NCBI GenBank assembly: GCA_035559715.1
Contig: DATMAW010000161.1
Coordinates: forward strand, 2,271 to 66,270
Source: Gemmatimonadales bacterium
GTDB lineage: Bacteria; Gemmatimonadota; Gemmatimonadetes; Gemmatimonadales; GWC2-71-9
DNA length: 64,000 bases
Reading direction: 5' to 3'
Made by a program: the position numbers and the translations under genes
Notes under the pieces: model-generated
Told to the model about the DNA's origin: nothing
The model's input: only the letters and a program-made list of their open reading frames with translations
Database searches by the model: none
Part shown: positions 1-9,015 of the stretch, in pieces
How the letters are laid out: each line of letters begins with the position of its first letter
Position numbering within the stretch: position 1 is the stretch's first letter

Positions 1-1
1 T

Positions 2-1228
2 CCGCGGGGCGGGCGGCCAGTTCTTCAGGTATTCCGTGAACGGGTTGGTCTTCCCCATGTAAGGATACGGATCGCCCGGTTTCACGTTCGGGTCGTTCCG
101 CTCCCAGTTGATCGTCTGCGCCCGCGCCTTGGCGTACTCCTTGGAGAGCAGCCCCTGCACCGGCTCCTCCGGCGGGTAGTAGATGTCGCCGTAGTAGAAG
201 TCGCGATCCGCGTACGCGAGGTTCAGCGCCTGATACAGCGTGTGGATGTAACGCGTGCTGTTGTAGCCCATCGCCTTGACGTCGAAGTTTTCCAGGATGT
301 TCAACGCCTGAAGCAGCGACGGACCCTGGGTCCACACGTTCAGCTTGTAGACCTCGATTCCTTTATATGTCGTCATGACCGGCTCTTCGATCTTCACCTG
401 CCAGCGAGCCAGGTCCTCGACGGTCATGGGGGAGCCTTCCTCGCGCGCTCCGCGCACGTACTCCTGCGCGATGTCGCCCCGGTAGAACCGATCGTACGCC
501 GCGTAGATGGCTTGCTTGCGGTTCTTTCCCGCGCGTAGCGCCTGCTGCTCGGCGTCCACCAGCTTGCGGAGCGTCGCCGCCAGGTCCGGCTGCCGGAAAA
601 TCTCGCCGGGATACGGCGCCTCGCGCGATTCGCCGAGGTGCGGGAGGTAGACGGCGGGCGAGTACTTCCATTGCTTGATGGTGGCTTTGTTCCGCTCGAT
701 GGAGTTCGCGGTCTGCTCCTCCATGGGATACCCGTCGGCCATCGCGATGGCGGGTTCCAGCACGTCCTTGAGCGACAGCGTGCCGAACTCCGCCAGCATG
801 GTCATGAGCCCGCCCGGCGTTCCGGGCGTCACCGCCGCGAGCACACCCTCGTCCGGCGGGTAGTGGAGCCCTTTCGCCTTGAGGAAATCCGCCGTCAGGC
901 CCGTCGGCGCCACGCCGAGCGCGTTGATGCCGAGCACCTTCTTGGTCTCGGGATTGTAGATCAGGGCCTGCGTCTCGCCGCCCCACGACAGCACGTCCCA
1001 CATGGTCGCGACCGCCGCGAGCATGGCGGCAGCGGCATCCACTGCATTGCCGCCCTTCTGGAACATCATGGCCCCGGCCGTGGCGCCGAGCGGCTTTCCG
1101 GTGATCGCTACCCAGTGACGGCCGTGCAGCACCGGCTTCACGGTGCGTTGCGCGGTGAGCGGCGCGGTCAGCGTGAGGGCGCCCGTGAGAGCGAGACCTG
1201 ATGCAACGAGCAAGGGACGTGCGTGCAT
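2..1228 (-). CDS. ggt: gamma-glutamyltransferase family protein, N-terminal 409 codons (3' end runs off the left window edge)
   Basis: Not in the supplied ORF track because it is edge-truncated. My reverse-complement translation from ATG (1228..1226) reads MHARPLLVASGLALTGALTLTAPLTAQRTVKPVLHGRHWVAITGKPLGATAGAMMFQKGGNAVDAAAAMLAAVATMWDVLSWGGETQALIYNPETKKVLGINALGVAP...TPGTPGGLMTMLAEFGTLSL... This shows a signal peptide plus typical GGT-family N-terminal motifs and is open to position 2. Track ORFs 363..1367(-) and 638..1201(+) are Arg-rich off-frame junk. Confidence 0.8.
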   Translation of the reverse strand, partial: MHARPLLVASGLALTGALTLTAPLTAQRTVKPVLHGRHWVAITGKPLGATAGAMMFQKGGNAVDAAAAMLAAVATMWDVLSWGGETQALIYNPETKKVLGINALGVAPTGLTADFLKAKGLHYPPDEGVLAAVTPGTPGGLMTMLAEFGTLSLKDVLEPAIAMADGYPMEEQTANSIERNKATIKQWKYSPAVYLPHLGESREAPYPGEIFRQPDLAATLRKLVDAEQQALRAGKNRKQAIYAAYDRFYRGDIAQEYVRGAREEGSPMTVEDLARWQVKIEEPVMTTYKGIEVYKLNVWTQGPSLLQALNILENFDVKAMGYNSTRYIHTLYQALNLAYADRDFYYGDIYYPPEEPVQGLLSKEYAKARAQTINWERNDPNVKPGDPYPYMGKTNPFTEYLKNWPPAPR

Positions 1229-1332
1229 GGTGAGACTCCGGATGATCTGGCTGTCGAAGATACGCCAGCGCGTTTCCGCGCGCAGCCTCATGGTCCCTTG
1301 CTTCCCGCGTGCGCGCTCCAGCACATTCGGGC

Positions 1333-2910
1333 ATGGCCGAGCCCGCTGTTTCGCCGCCCTCCGGCACTTCAGGGACCGAGCCCGGGCCGACGTTCCTCCT
1401 CGTTCACCTCTCCGGCGCCCAGCGTGGCGCCTCCCAGCGCATTCAGGGAGACATGCTCACCATCGGCACGGGACCGGAGCATACCGTGCGGGTCGTCCTT
1501 CAGGACGTGACGGAGCCGGCACTGTTCGCGAGGCTGGTTCGGCGGGATCAAACCTACGAGTTGCGAGTGGAACCCGGCCGCCAGATCTGGGTCAACGGAG
1601 CCCTGGCCACGCGGCTACCGCTCGCGCACGGAGACACGCTCGAAGTCGGCAAAGAAGGACCCGTCCTGCGGTTCCGCGTCTACCGCTCGGGACTCACCCT
1701 TCGCTCCGTTCCCGACGTTCTCACGGACAGCCTGACCGCCGCCCGTCTCACCCACACCAGCATGGTGGGCCGGACGGCTGTGTTCCTGTCGGGCGCTCCC
1801 GTGCAGCTCGCGCGCGAAACGTCCCGGGCATTCCGCTGGACCGTCGGTGCCATGCTGCTGGTGCTCGCCGCAGCCGTCGCGCTGCTCCTCCGGCGCAGCA
1901 TCGAGCTCGAGCAACGGTTGCTCAGCGAGCAGGCACGAGTCGCCGGTATTGCGGAGCTCCTCGCTCGCCGGACCGACAACCCGTCCACCAGTGAGGACGT
2001 GTTGCGGATGTTGGGCGAAGTCGAAGCCAACCTGTCGGCGACGTCGGAGCGGCTCCAGGCGCTCGAAGCGCAGACGGGCGCGGCGGCACGCGTGATTCGC
2101 GCGGCGGCGCGCTCGACCGTGTTCCTTCAGGGTGCATACGGCTTCACCGATCCGCAGTCCAACCGCCCGCTCCGCATCATCGTGAACGCCAATGGTGACC
2201 CGCAGCTGCTGCCCAGCGGTGACCCGTTGGTCACGCTCGACGAGGTGGGCCCGGAGTTGGAAGTGCTGTTCACGGGAACCGCGTTCGTGGCCACGAGGTC
2301 GGGATTGCTGTTCACCAACCGACACGTGGCAGCGCCGTGGGAGTTCGATGAGGCCGCCCGCCGTGTCGCCGCTCAGGGGTGGCGGCCCGTGATGCGACGC
2401 TTCGTTGGATTTCTGCCGGGCCAGCGACAACCGATGAACGTCGAGCTCATCACCGCAAGCGACGACGCCGACCTGGCGGTACTGCGGACCATGCCGCCCC
2501 TCGACGCGCCGGCGCTCCCCCTGGGCCCTCGCGTGCCCGAACCGGGTGAAGAGATCATTTCACTGGGCTACCCGCTTGGCCTCCGCGCCCTCATGGCGCG
2601 GGCAGATGCGCGGCTCGTGAGCGAGTTGCGGAATCAGCCGGACCTGGACTTCTGGGCGGTGGCGCGGCGGCTCGCACAGGCGAACGCCGTGGCGCCGCTG
2701 GCCACCCGAGGCATTGTGGGACAAGTCACGGATCAGGCCATCGTGTACGACGCCGAAACGACGCACGGTGGCAGCGGCGGGCCCGTGCTCTCCTTGCAGG
2801 GTGAAGTGCTCGCCGTCAGCTCGGCCGTCCTGCCGGAGTTCGGTGGGTCGAACCTCGGCGTGCCCGTCGCAAAGGCCCGCGCCCTTCTGCGGCGCGCGGC
2901 CGGGCGCTAG
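1333..2910 (+). CDS. FHA domain - TM - coiled coil - trypsin-like (S1/DegP-type) serine protease fusion protein
   Basis: Track ORF 1309..2910; ATG at 1333 (MAEPAV...) is the likely start, with GTG 1309 as an alternative. The N-terminus is FHA-like (TFLLVHLSGAQRGASQRIQGDMLTIGTGPEHTVRV...TYELRVEPGRQIWVNG). One TM follows (WTVGAMLLVLAAAVALLL), then a coiled coil. The protease triad context is present: FTNRHVA (His), DADLAVLR (Asp), THGGSGGPVL (Ser). Confidence 0.85.
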   Translation: MAEPAVSPPSGTSGTEPGPTFLLVHLSGAQRGASQRIQGDMLTIGTGPEHTVRVVLQDVTEPALFARLVRRDQTYELRVEPGRQIWVNGALATRLPLAHGDTLEVGKEGPVLRFRVYRSGLTLRSVPDVLTDSLTAARLTHTSMVGRTAVFLSGAPVQLARETSRAFRWTVGAMLLVLAAAVALLLRRSIELEQRLLSEQARVAGIAELLARRTDNPSTSEDVLRMLGEVEANLSATSERLQALEAQTGAAARVIRAAARSTVFLQGAYGFTDPQSNRPLRIIVNANGDPQLLPSGDPLVTLDEVGPELEVLFTGTAFVATRSGLLFTNRHVAAPWEFDEAARRVAAQGWRPVMRRFVGFLPGQRQPMNVELITASDDADLAVLRTMPPLDAPALPLGPRVPEPGEEIISLGYPLGLRALMARADARLVSELRNQPDLDFWAVARRLAQANAVAPLATRGIVGQVTDQAIVYDAETTHGGSGGPVLSLQGEVLAVSSAVLPEFGGSNLGVPVAKARALLRRAAGR

Positions 2911-2945
2911 TGTCATTGATCGCAAACGTCACCGTTGGAGGGTCT

Positions 2946-3359
2946 ATGCAATACCGACCTGGCAGGCTCCCGAGGCTCAGTCTCGTGCTCGGCTCGCTCG
3001 CCACCGCCGCGTGCGCCACCGCCGGCCAGAGCGGCACGGGCCAGGAGAGCGGCCAGCGATCATCCAACGTTGTCACGGCAGAGGATCTCGCCGCGCAACC
3101 CATGAACAACTTGTACGACGCCCTGCAGCGCCTCCGGCCGCGCTGGCTGGTCGAACGCGGAGCGACGACGCTGGGCGCCGGTGGCAATCCCGTCGTGGTG
3201 TACGTAGACAACCAGCGCATGGGCGGCGTTCAGGAACTGAGGAATATCGTGCTCGAAACCGTGCAACAGGTGCGCTATCGAGATGCCGCGGACGCCACCA
3301 CCCGATTCGGCACCGGGCACGCGAGCGGCGCCATTGAGGTCACCACCAAGCGACGGTAA
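2946..3359 (+). CDS. small lipoprotein with a TonB-dependent-receptor Plug-like domain
   Basis: Strong RBS, GGAGGgtctATG at 2946. Lipobox-like LGSLATAAC. The body (VVTAEDLAAQPMNNLYDALQRLRPRWLV...VVVYVDNQRMGG...IVLETVQQVRYRDAADATTRFGTGHASGAIEVTTKR) follows the Plug-domain pattern, but there is no barrel. Confidence 0.6.
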   Translation: MQYRPGRLPRLSLVLGSLATAACATAGQSGTGQESGQRSSNVVTAEDLAAQPMNNLYDALQRLRPRWLVERGATTLGAGGNPVVVYVDNQRMGGVQELRNIVLETVQQVRYRDAADATTRFGTGHASGAIEVTTKRR

Positions 3360-3373
3360 CGAAAAGACCCGCC

Positions 3374-3913
3374 ATGCCACGCAGGGGATCGCGAACGAAA
3401 CAGCCAACGCGGCGCCGGCGTTCGGTGCGTCGCCGACCACCCGGTGCCGTGCTCCGGTCGCAGGTCGCCACACTCCTCGACTGGAGGAACGCCCACGTTG
3501 ACTTCGATACGGCAGTCGCGGGCATCCCGCCCGACCTCCGCGGCAAACGGCCGGCAGGCCTGCCACACTCGCTGTGGGAGCTGATCGAGCACGTCCGCGT
3601 GTGTCAAGGGGATATCCTCGACTACTGCGTGAATCCCGACTATCGCGAGGGCACGTGGCCGGACGACTATTGGCCCTCCTCACCTGAGCCACCAACCGCC
3701 GACGCGTGGGACGAGAGCATCGCCGCCGTCCGGCGCGATCTGGCCACCCTCAAGCGCATGGCGATGGACCCAGAGATCAACCTCGAAAGCCCGCTCCCCT
3801 ACGCTCCACAGGCTACGTATCTACGGGAGCTGCTGCTGGTGGCGGATCACAACGCGTACCACGTGGGGCAAATCGTGCTGGTGCGGAGGCTGCTGGGGAT
3901 CTGGCAGGGGTGA
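3374..3913 (+). CDS. DinB-superfamily (DinB_2-like) protein
   Basis: SLWELIEHVRVCQGDILDY...LLLVADHNAYHVGQIVLVRRLLG is typical of the DinB four-helix-bundle family. The Arg-rich first ~25 codons are doubtful; GTG at 3449 is an alternative start. Confidence 0.75.
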   Translation: MPRRGSRTKQPTRRRRSVRRRPPGAVLRSQVATLLDWRNAHVDFDTAVAGIPPDLRGKRPAGLPHSLWELIEHVRVCQGDILDYCVNPDYREGTWPDDYWPSSPEPPTADAWDESIAAVRRDLATLKRMAMDPEINLESPLPYAPQATYLRELLLVADHNAYHVGQIVLVRRLLGIWQG

Positions 3914-3928
3914 AAGGCACGAGCCTTC

Positions 3929-5092
3929 TCACTTCAGCCACCGGCTGAACTCCTCGGTTCCGTTGCCCGCCCGATCCACCGTCACCACCCCCAACCTCAC
4001 TCGTCCATCCTTCCACGCCTCGAGCCGCATGAACCCGCTCGCCGTCCGCGCGAACAGCATTCCCTCGCGGAACGTTGTGGGACTCGTGTGACCGTAGTAC
4101 CCTCCGCCGCTCACCACTTCGAATTGGGTCGCAGCATCAGGGCCGAACACCTGCAGCGAGTGCTCGTGCCCTGCCGCGTACACAAGCGGGCGATTGGGCG
4201 CCAGCGCCGCAGAGAGCGCCAGGCGCATGTGGGCGTAGTGCTCGTGGGCGAGATCCTGGGGAATGGCACCCATCATTCGCACGATCGGGTAGACCGACCC
4301 GATCAGGGGCACGGGCACCCAGAGCCAATCCGCCGCGTGACGCAACGGGAAGATGTGGTCGGTCCACGGGAAGTAGCCCCCGTGGGGGCCCGCCGAGCGC
4401 AGCGGGTGGTGTGCCGCAACGATGACGTGGCGGCCCACCGCGCGCCCCAGTATCGCGTGCAGCGAATCGGCCACTTCCGTTTCGCTGTCTGCCGGACAAC
4501 TCGACGTCGGGTGCCGCGGTTTGGCATTCTGGTGCAACCACCACTGCGTGTCGAGGAAGACGAGCAACAACGCGCTGCCCGCCTCCCGCGCCACGGGACC
4601 GGGGCAGCCGTCCGGAGGTACGAACATCGCGCCGCGATACGGCTGCTGTTCGATAAAGCGCTGTTGGCGCCGCACGGCGTCCCAGCCCTCGGGCGCAAGC
4701 TTGGCCCAATCGTGGTTCCCGGGCAGGAAGTAGCCGGTCGCCCCGGTTTCCCGGAGCACATCCACCTGCGCCATCAAACGACGCTCGGCTTCCGCCCGGT
4801 TCCTGGCGGCTGAGTCCGGCATGCCGGCCGGATAGATGTTGTCGCCAAGAAAGACGACTACTCGCTCACCGCCCGCCTCGCGCAGCGCGCGAGCGAGCGC
4901 GATGAGCACCGGCTCTCCGTTCGGCGCCGGCAGGCCCGCGTCACCGATCAGGAACACCGTGGTCTCGACCTGCCCAGGAAAGGGGACCGGCGCCGGTGCG
5001 GACTGGATCGGCGCAATCGCTGCGCAGGCATCCAGGATCAGCGCAATGGAGACCAAAGGAATCCGCGACACTGCTCCCCTCCGACGCCGCAT
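3929..5092 (-). CDS. exported metallophosphoesterase (purple-acid-phosphatase-like motif set)
   Basis: Motifs LIGDAG, VVFLGDNIYP, LPGNHDW, VAAHHP and AAGHEHSLQ. Start re-called to MRRRRGAVSRIPLVSIALILDACAAI (signal/lipobox-like) at 5092; the 70 upstream codons of track ORF 3929..5302 look spurious. Confidence 0.8.
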   Translation of the reverse strand: MRRRRGAVSRIPLVSIALILDACAAIAPIQSAPAPVPFPGQVETTVFLIGDAGLPAPNGEPVLIALARALREAGGERVVVFLGDNIYPAGMPDSAARNRAEAERRLMAQVDVLRETGATGYFLPGNHDWAKLAPEGWDAVRRQQRFIEQQPYRGAMFVPPDGCPGPVAREAGSALLLVFLDTQWWLHQNAKPRHPTSSCPADSETEVADSLHAILGRAVGRHVIVAAHHPLRSAGPHGGYFPWTDHIFPLRHAADWLWVPVPLIGSVYPIVRMMGAIPQDLAHEHYAHMRLALSAALAPNRPLVYAAGHEHSLQVFGPDAATQFEVVSGGGYYGHTSPTTFREGMLFARTASGFMRLEAWKDGRVRLGVVTVDRAGNGTEEFSRWLK

Positions 5093-6737
5093 GGTGCTAC
5101 TCTTTACGCCGGGCGCGTTCACCGAACTCCCCGTGGCCGACAAACGCATCGCTCCGCAGCTCACTCCGGCAGGCAGGACAGGCCCCGAACAGCTCCCCGC
5201 CGACTTGGCGCGGGATGCGTCACGCCGCCTCGGCATCGTGTCCCTGGTGTACGCGAGCGTGTGGGCGCTGCAAGTCGGTTTCAACAACCTCATCGCGCCC
5301 ATCCTCTCGCCCGATCGCCCACTTGATGACGCGTTTCCCTACCCGGCGAATCCGGTAGCGGCCGTCATCATCGTGGCGTCCATCGCACTCTTCGTATATA
5401 CACGCCGCGCCGCCTGCGACTGCGAAATGTCGCTGAACCTCGGCCTGATCTATGAGGTCTTGGTGGCCGCCGGGATCGGCATCGTAAACCAGTGGACCCC
5501 GAACACGGTAGGCCTCTCGTGGCTCTGCGTGCTGGTGGTCGTCCATGCCGTCATCGTACCGCACACCCGCAACCGCACGCTCGTAGCCGCCGTAGTCGCC
5601 GCCTCAATGGACCTCGTGGGGCTCGGCATCGCCAACGCTCGCGGCGTCGAGATGCCGCCGAGCGCCGCCATCATTTGGTTCGTATTGCCGAACTATCTCT
5701 GTGCCGGTGTGGCCGTGGTGGTGGCGAGCGTCATGACGCAACTGGGCCGTGAAGTACGGACGGCGCGGGAGCTTGGCAGCTACCGGCTGGGAGAACTGCT
5801 GGGTCGGGGCGGCATGGGCGAGGTATACCTGGCGCGCCATCGGTTCCTCGCCCGGCCCGCGGCCATCAAACTGATTCGACTCGATCCGGCCGTGGCACGG
5901 AGCGCCCGTCAGGACGACGTATTGGTCAAGCGGTTCCGTCGGGAGGCAGAAGCCGCGGCGAGCTTGCATTCGCCCCACACGATCGGGCTGTACGATTTCG
6001 GCCTGACCGACGACGGAACGCTGTACTACGTCATGGAGTTGCTGAATGGGCTGGACCTCGAGACGATGGTCGAGCGATTCGGCCCCCAGCCGGCCACCCG
6101 GGTGGTGTACTTCTTGAGGCAAGCCTGCCACTCGTTGGCGGAAGCGCACGCCGTCGGGCTGATTCATCGCGACATCAAGCCCGCCAATCTGTTCGCCTGT
6201 CGCTTCGGCCTCCAGACGGATTTCATCAAGGTGCTCGACTTCGGCCTCGTGAAGTTGATGCGCGGGCCTGCCCCTGACGAGAGCCTCGCCACCGCACCCG
6301 GAGAAGCCATGGGCACACCCGCCTACATGGCGCCGGAAGTCGCGGTGGGCGAGCGGGATCTCGATCACCGCGTGGACATCTACGCATTGGGATGTGTGGG
6401 ATACTGGCTGCTCACCGGACGCACCGTGTTCGAGGCCGACACGCCTGTCAAGATGATGCTCGAACACGTGCGAACGCCGCCGGCGCCGCCCTCCGCGCGA
6501 TCCGAGCTTCCCATCCCGCCCGATCTCGACGCCCTAATCCTGGCCTGCCTCGCCAAGCGTCGAGAGGATCGTCCCGCCGACGCTCTCGAACTGGCGCGCA
6601 GGCTCGACGGGTGCGACGTGGGAGAGCCATGGACCGAGGAGCGGGCACGGACCTGGTGGGAAACCCACGCGCCCGAGGCCGGCGTGCCGCGGACCTCCCG
6701 AGCCTGGGAAGAGTCGCAGGTCCTCGCCGTCCATTGA
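5091..6737 (+). CDS. polytopic membrane Ser/Thr protein kinase (N-terminal ~6-TM domain, C-terminal Hanks kinase), paralog 1
   Basis: Kinase motifs GRGGMGEVYLARH, AIK, HRDIKPANLF, DFGLVK, GTPAYMAPE. They are preceded by ~270 aa with about 6 hydrophobic helices. Start chosen by alignment to the paralog at 43832..45481 (548 vs 549 aa); the exact start is uncertain because it abuts the divergent gene start at 5092. Confidence 0.85.
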   Translation: MVLLFTPGAFTELPVADKRIAPQLTPAGRTGPEQLPADLARDASRRLGIVSLVYASVWALQVGFNNLIAPILSPDRPLDDAFPYPANPVAAVIIVASIALFVYTRRAACDCEMSLNLGLIYEVLVAAGIGIVNQWTPNTVGLSWLCVLVVVHAVIVPHTRNRTLVAAVVAASMDLVGLGIANARGVEMPPSAAIIWFVLPNYLCAGVAVVVASVMTQLGREVRTARELGSYRLGELLGRGGMGEVYLARHRFLARPAAIKLIRLDPAVARSARQDDVLVKRFRREAEAAASLHSPHTIGLYDFGLTDDGTLYYVMELLNGLDLETMVERFGPQPATRVVYFLRQACHSLAEAHAVGLIHRDIKPANLFACRFGLQTDFIKVLDFGLVKLMRGPAPDESLATAPGEAMGTPAYMAPEVAVGERDLDHRVDIYALGCVGYWLLTGRTVFEADTPVKMMLEHVRTPPAPPSARSELPIPPDLDALILACLAKRREDRPADALELARRLDGCDVGEPWTEERARTWWETHAPEAGVPRTSRAWEESQVLAVH

Positions 6738-6768
6738 GCCGGTTCCGCGACCGGGGCGCCAGGGGCAC

Positions 6769-9015
6769 ATGACCACGCGGCTCGATCGCTCGGCCCGCCG
6801 GGCCGTGCTCACCGCGACCGCCGTGTCCCTGGCGATGATCACGTACCAGATCGCGGCGAAGGCCACGCGCGACGCGCTGTTCCTGTCGAGCTTCGACGTG
6901 GCCACGCTCCCGCGCATGGTAATGACCGCGGCGACGGCGTCTATCGTGCTGGCGGTTGCCGCCGCCCGCTGGATATCCGCGGCCGGCCCGCATCGCGCCG
7001 TTCCGGCGTTGTTCGGCCTGTCGGCCGCGCTGCTGCTCGTGGAGTGGGCCATGGTAGAGCCGTACCGCCGCGCGGCAGCCGTGCTCGTGTATCTCCACAA
7101 CGCCGCGCTCGGCGCGATTCTGATTTCGGGCTTTTGGTCGCTCATCAACGAACGGTTCGATCCCCGCACGGCCAAGCGGGAGGTGAACCGGATCGTGACG
7201 GGCGGGACCATCGGCGGGCTGCTCGGCGGGCTCGTCGCCGAGCGGGCGGGCGCTTGGGGGTCGGCGGAGGGCATGCTGCCCTTCCTTGCCGGAGTTCACG
7301 TCGTCTGTGCCATCCTCCTGCGCGGCGTCGTTGGATCGGCGGTGCGGCCGCCCCGAGCGGTGAGGACCGAGCCCGGCGTCCGGACACGGGGAGCCACGGG
7401 TTTCGCCGTCATCGCACAGACCCCGTACCTCCAGGCCATCATCGCGCTCGTGCTGTTGACAACGGTGGGTGAAGGCATTCTCGACTACGCGTTCAAAGCG
7501 CGCGCGGCAGGGGCAGGCGACGACGAGACGCTGCTGCGTCTTTTCGCCGTGTTCTACAGCGGCGTGGCGGTGTTCTCGATCGCAGTCCAGATGATCGTGG
7601 CGCGGCCGGCGTTCGGGACCCTCGGCATCGCGCGAACGGCCGCGTTGCTCCCCGGGACGGTGGTTGCCGGCGCCGTGGGGGCGCTCGCCGCGCCCGGGCT
7701 GGTCTCGGCGCTCACCGCACGCGGTCTCGAGGCCGTCGTTCGCAATTCGCTCTACCGGCCGGCCTACGAGCTGCTGTTCGCGCCGATCAGGCCCCAGGAG
7801 AAGCGCGCGACCAAGACGATGATTGACGTTGGCGCCGTCCGCATCGGCGATCTCCTCGGCGGAGCCTTCATTCAGCTCGTCCTGCTCGCCGCCCGCGCGG
7901 TCGCCGTTCCCATCCTGCTGGCCGTGGGTGCCGCGCTCGCTGCGGCCGGCGTGCTGCTGTCGTTGCGCCTGCACCGTGCCTACGTCCAGACGCTGGAGCA
8001 AAGCCTGCTCCAGCGAGCGGACCAACTCGATCTCAGCCACGTGCAGGATGCGGCAGTCCGCTCGACATTGCTTTGGAGCATCGGGATTCCCGTGCTCACC
8101 GAGGCCTCTGGGTTCCCCCGCCCGCCCACGAAGGTGAGCGGGGAAGCCGAGGCCCCGATGCCGGCGGCGGCGGCGCCGGCACTCGAGGGCCGGATCTTTG
8201 AGGACGCGGAGTTGCGCCGCTTGCTGGACCTTCGCTCCCGCGTCCCCGACCGCGTCCGGCGCGCGCTCGAGCAGGCGCCGCTCACGCCCGCCACGGGCGC
8301 CGACGCCATCCGACTGTTGGCCTGGGATGTCATGGCCCAGCACGCCGTCACCGCCCTGCGGAACGTGGCCAGCCGAATGACCGGCCAACTGGTGGATCGC
8401 TTGCTCGACCCCGACGAGGAATTCGCCATCCGCCGCCGAATCCCGCTCGTGCTCGCCGCCAGTCCCACGGCCCGCGCGGTGGAGGGATTGCTGCTCGCAC
8501 TGGAAGACCAGCGGTTCGAAGTGCGCTACCGCGCGGGGCGAGCCCTCAACCACCTGCTGGCCACCAATCCCAATCTTCGAGTGGATCGGGACCGCGTGAT
8601 CGCCGCCGTGCTGCGCGAGGTTGCCGTGGACCGCGGCGTGTGGGAGAGCCGCCGCCTGCTCGATCGCCACGAGGATGAGGAATGGTCACCGGTACTAGAC
8701 GAATTGGTGCGCGACCGCGCCAACCGAAGTCTGGAACACGTGTTCACAATGCTGGCGCTGCTCCTGCCGCGTGAGCCCCTCAAGGTGGCGTTCCGCGGCC
8801 TGCACACGAGCGACGCGGTATTGCGGGGGACGGCGCTGGAATATCTCGAAACGGCGCTTCCACCGGCCGTGCGCCGGCAACTGTGGCCCTTTCTGGAAGA
8901 CGATCGGCCGGCGAGCCCGGACAAGCGACCATCGAACGAGATCGTAGCCGATCTGCTGCGATCGCGCCTGTCCATTCAGGTCAACCTGGAGGAGCTGAAA
9001 CGGAGGAGCGGTTAG
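6769..9015 (+). CDS. TLC/Npt-type (ATP/ADP-translocase-like, MFS-like) transporter with C-terminal HEAT-repeat domain
   Basis: The N-terminal ~430 aa is polytopic with TLC-like motifs (MITYQIAAKATRDALFLSSF; GFWSLINERFDPRTAKREVNRIVTGGTIGG). The C-terminal ~300 aa is soluble and helical-repeat (EVRYRAGRALNHLL, LRGTALEYLETALP). It starts 31 nt after the kinase stop. Confidence 0.75.
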   Translation: MTTRLDRSARRAVLTATAVSLAMITYQIAAKATRDALFLSSFDVATLPRMVMTAATASIVLAVAAARWISAAGPHRAVPALFGLSAALLLVEWAMVEPYRRAAAVLVYLHNAALGAILISGFWSLINERFDPRTAKREVNRIVTGGTIGGLLGGLVAERAGAWGSAEGMLPFLAGVHVVCAILLRGVVGSAVRPPRAVRTEPGVRTRGATGFAVIAQTPYLQAIIALVLLTTVGEGILDYAFKARAAGAGDDETLLRLFAVFYSGVAVFSIAVQMIVARPAFGTLGIARTAALLPGTVVAGAVGALAAPGLVSALTARGLEAVVRNSLYRPAYELLFAPIRPQEKRATKTMIDVGAVRIGDLLGGAFIQLVLLAARAVAVPILLAVGAALAAAGVLLSLRLHRAYVQTLEQSLLQRADQLDLSHVQDAAVRSTLLWSIGIPVLTEASGFPRPPTKVSGEAEAPMPAAAAPALEGRIFEDAELRRLLDLRSRVPDRVRRALEQAPLTPATGADAIRLLAWDVMAQHAVTALRNVASRMTGQLVDRLLDPDEEFAIRRRIPLVLAASPTARAVEGLLLALEDQRFEVRYRAGRALNHLLATNPNLRVDRDRVIAAVLREVAVDRGVWESRRLLDRHEDEEWSPVLDELVRDRANRSLEHVFTMLALLLPREPLKVAFRGLHTSDAVLRGTALEYLETALPPAVRRQLWPFLEDDRPASPDKRPSNEIVADLLRSRLSIQVNLEELKRRSG

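Noticed and set aside
5046-5302. Apparent overlap of the phosphoesterase (track 3929..5302-) and kinase (track 4836..6737+) ORFs, and head-to-head start codons at 5091/5092.
   Set aside because: The long overlaps are spurious N-terminal extensions. After re-calling, the starts still abut, which leaves no promoter space. At least one true start is probably an internal GTG/TTG, so I treat this as start-codon uncertainty and not a biological overlap.
6448-8670. Very long antisense or off-frame ORFs in the track (e.g. 6448..8670-, 39602..42007+, 29030..30475+, 50348..52204-, 55983..57812+, 363..1367-).
   Set aside because: Their translations are dominated by Arg/Gly/Pro/His runs with no motifs. 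They lie opposite genes with clear family signatures. This is the expected stop-codon-poor artefact of GC-rich DNA.
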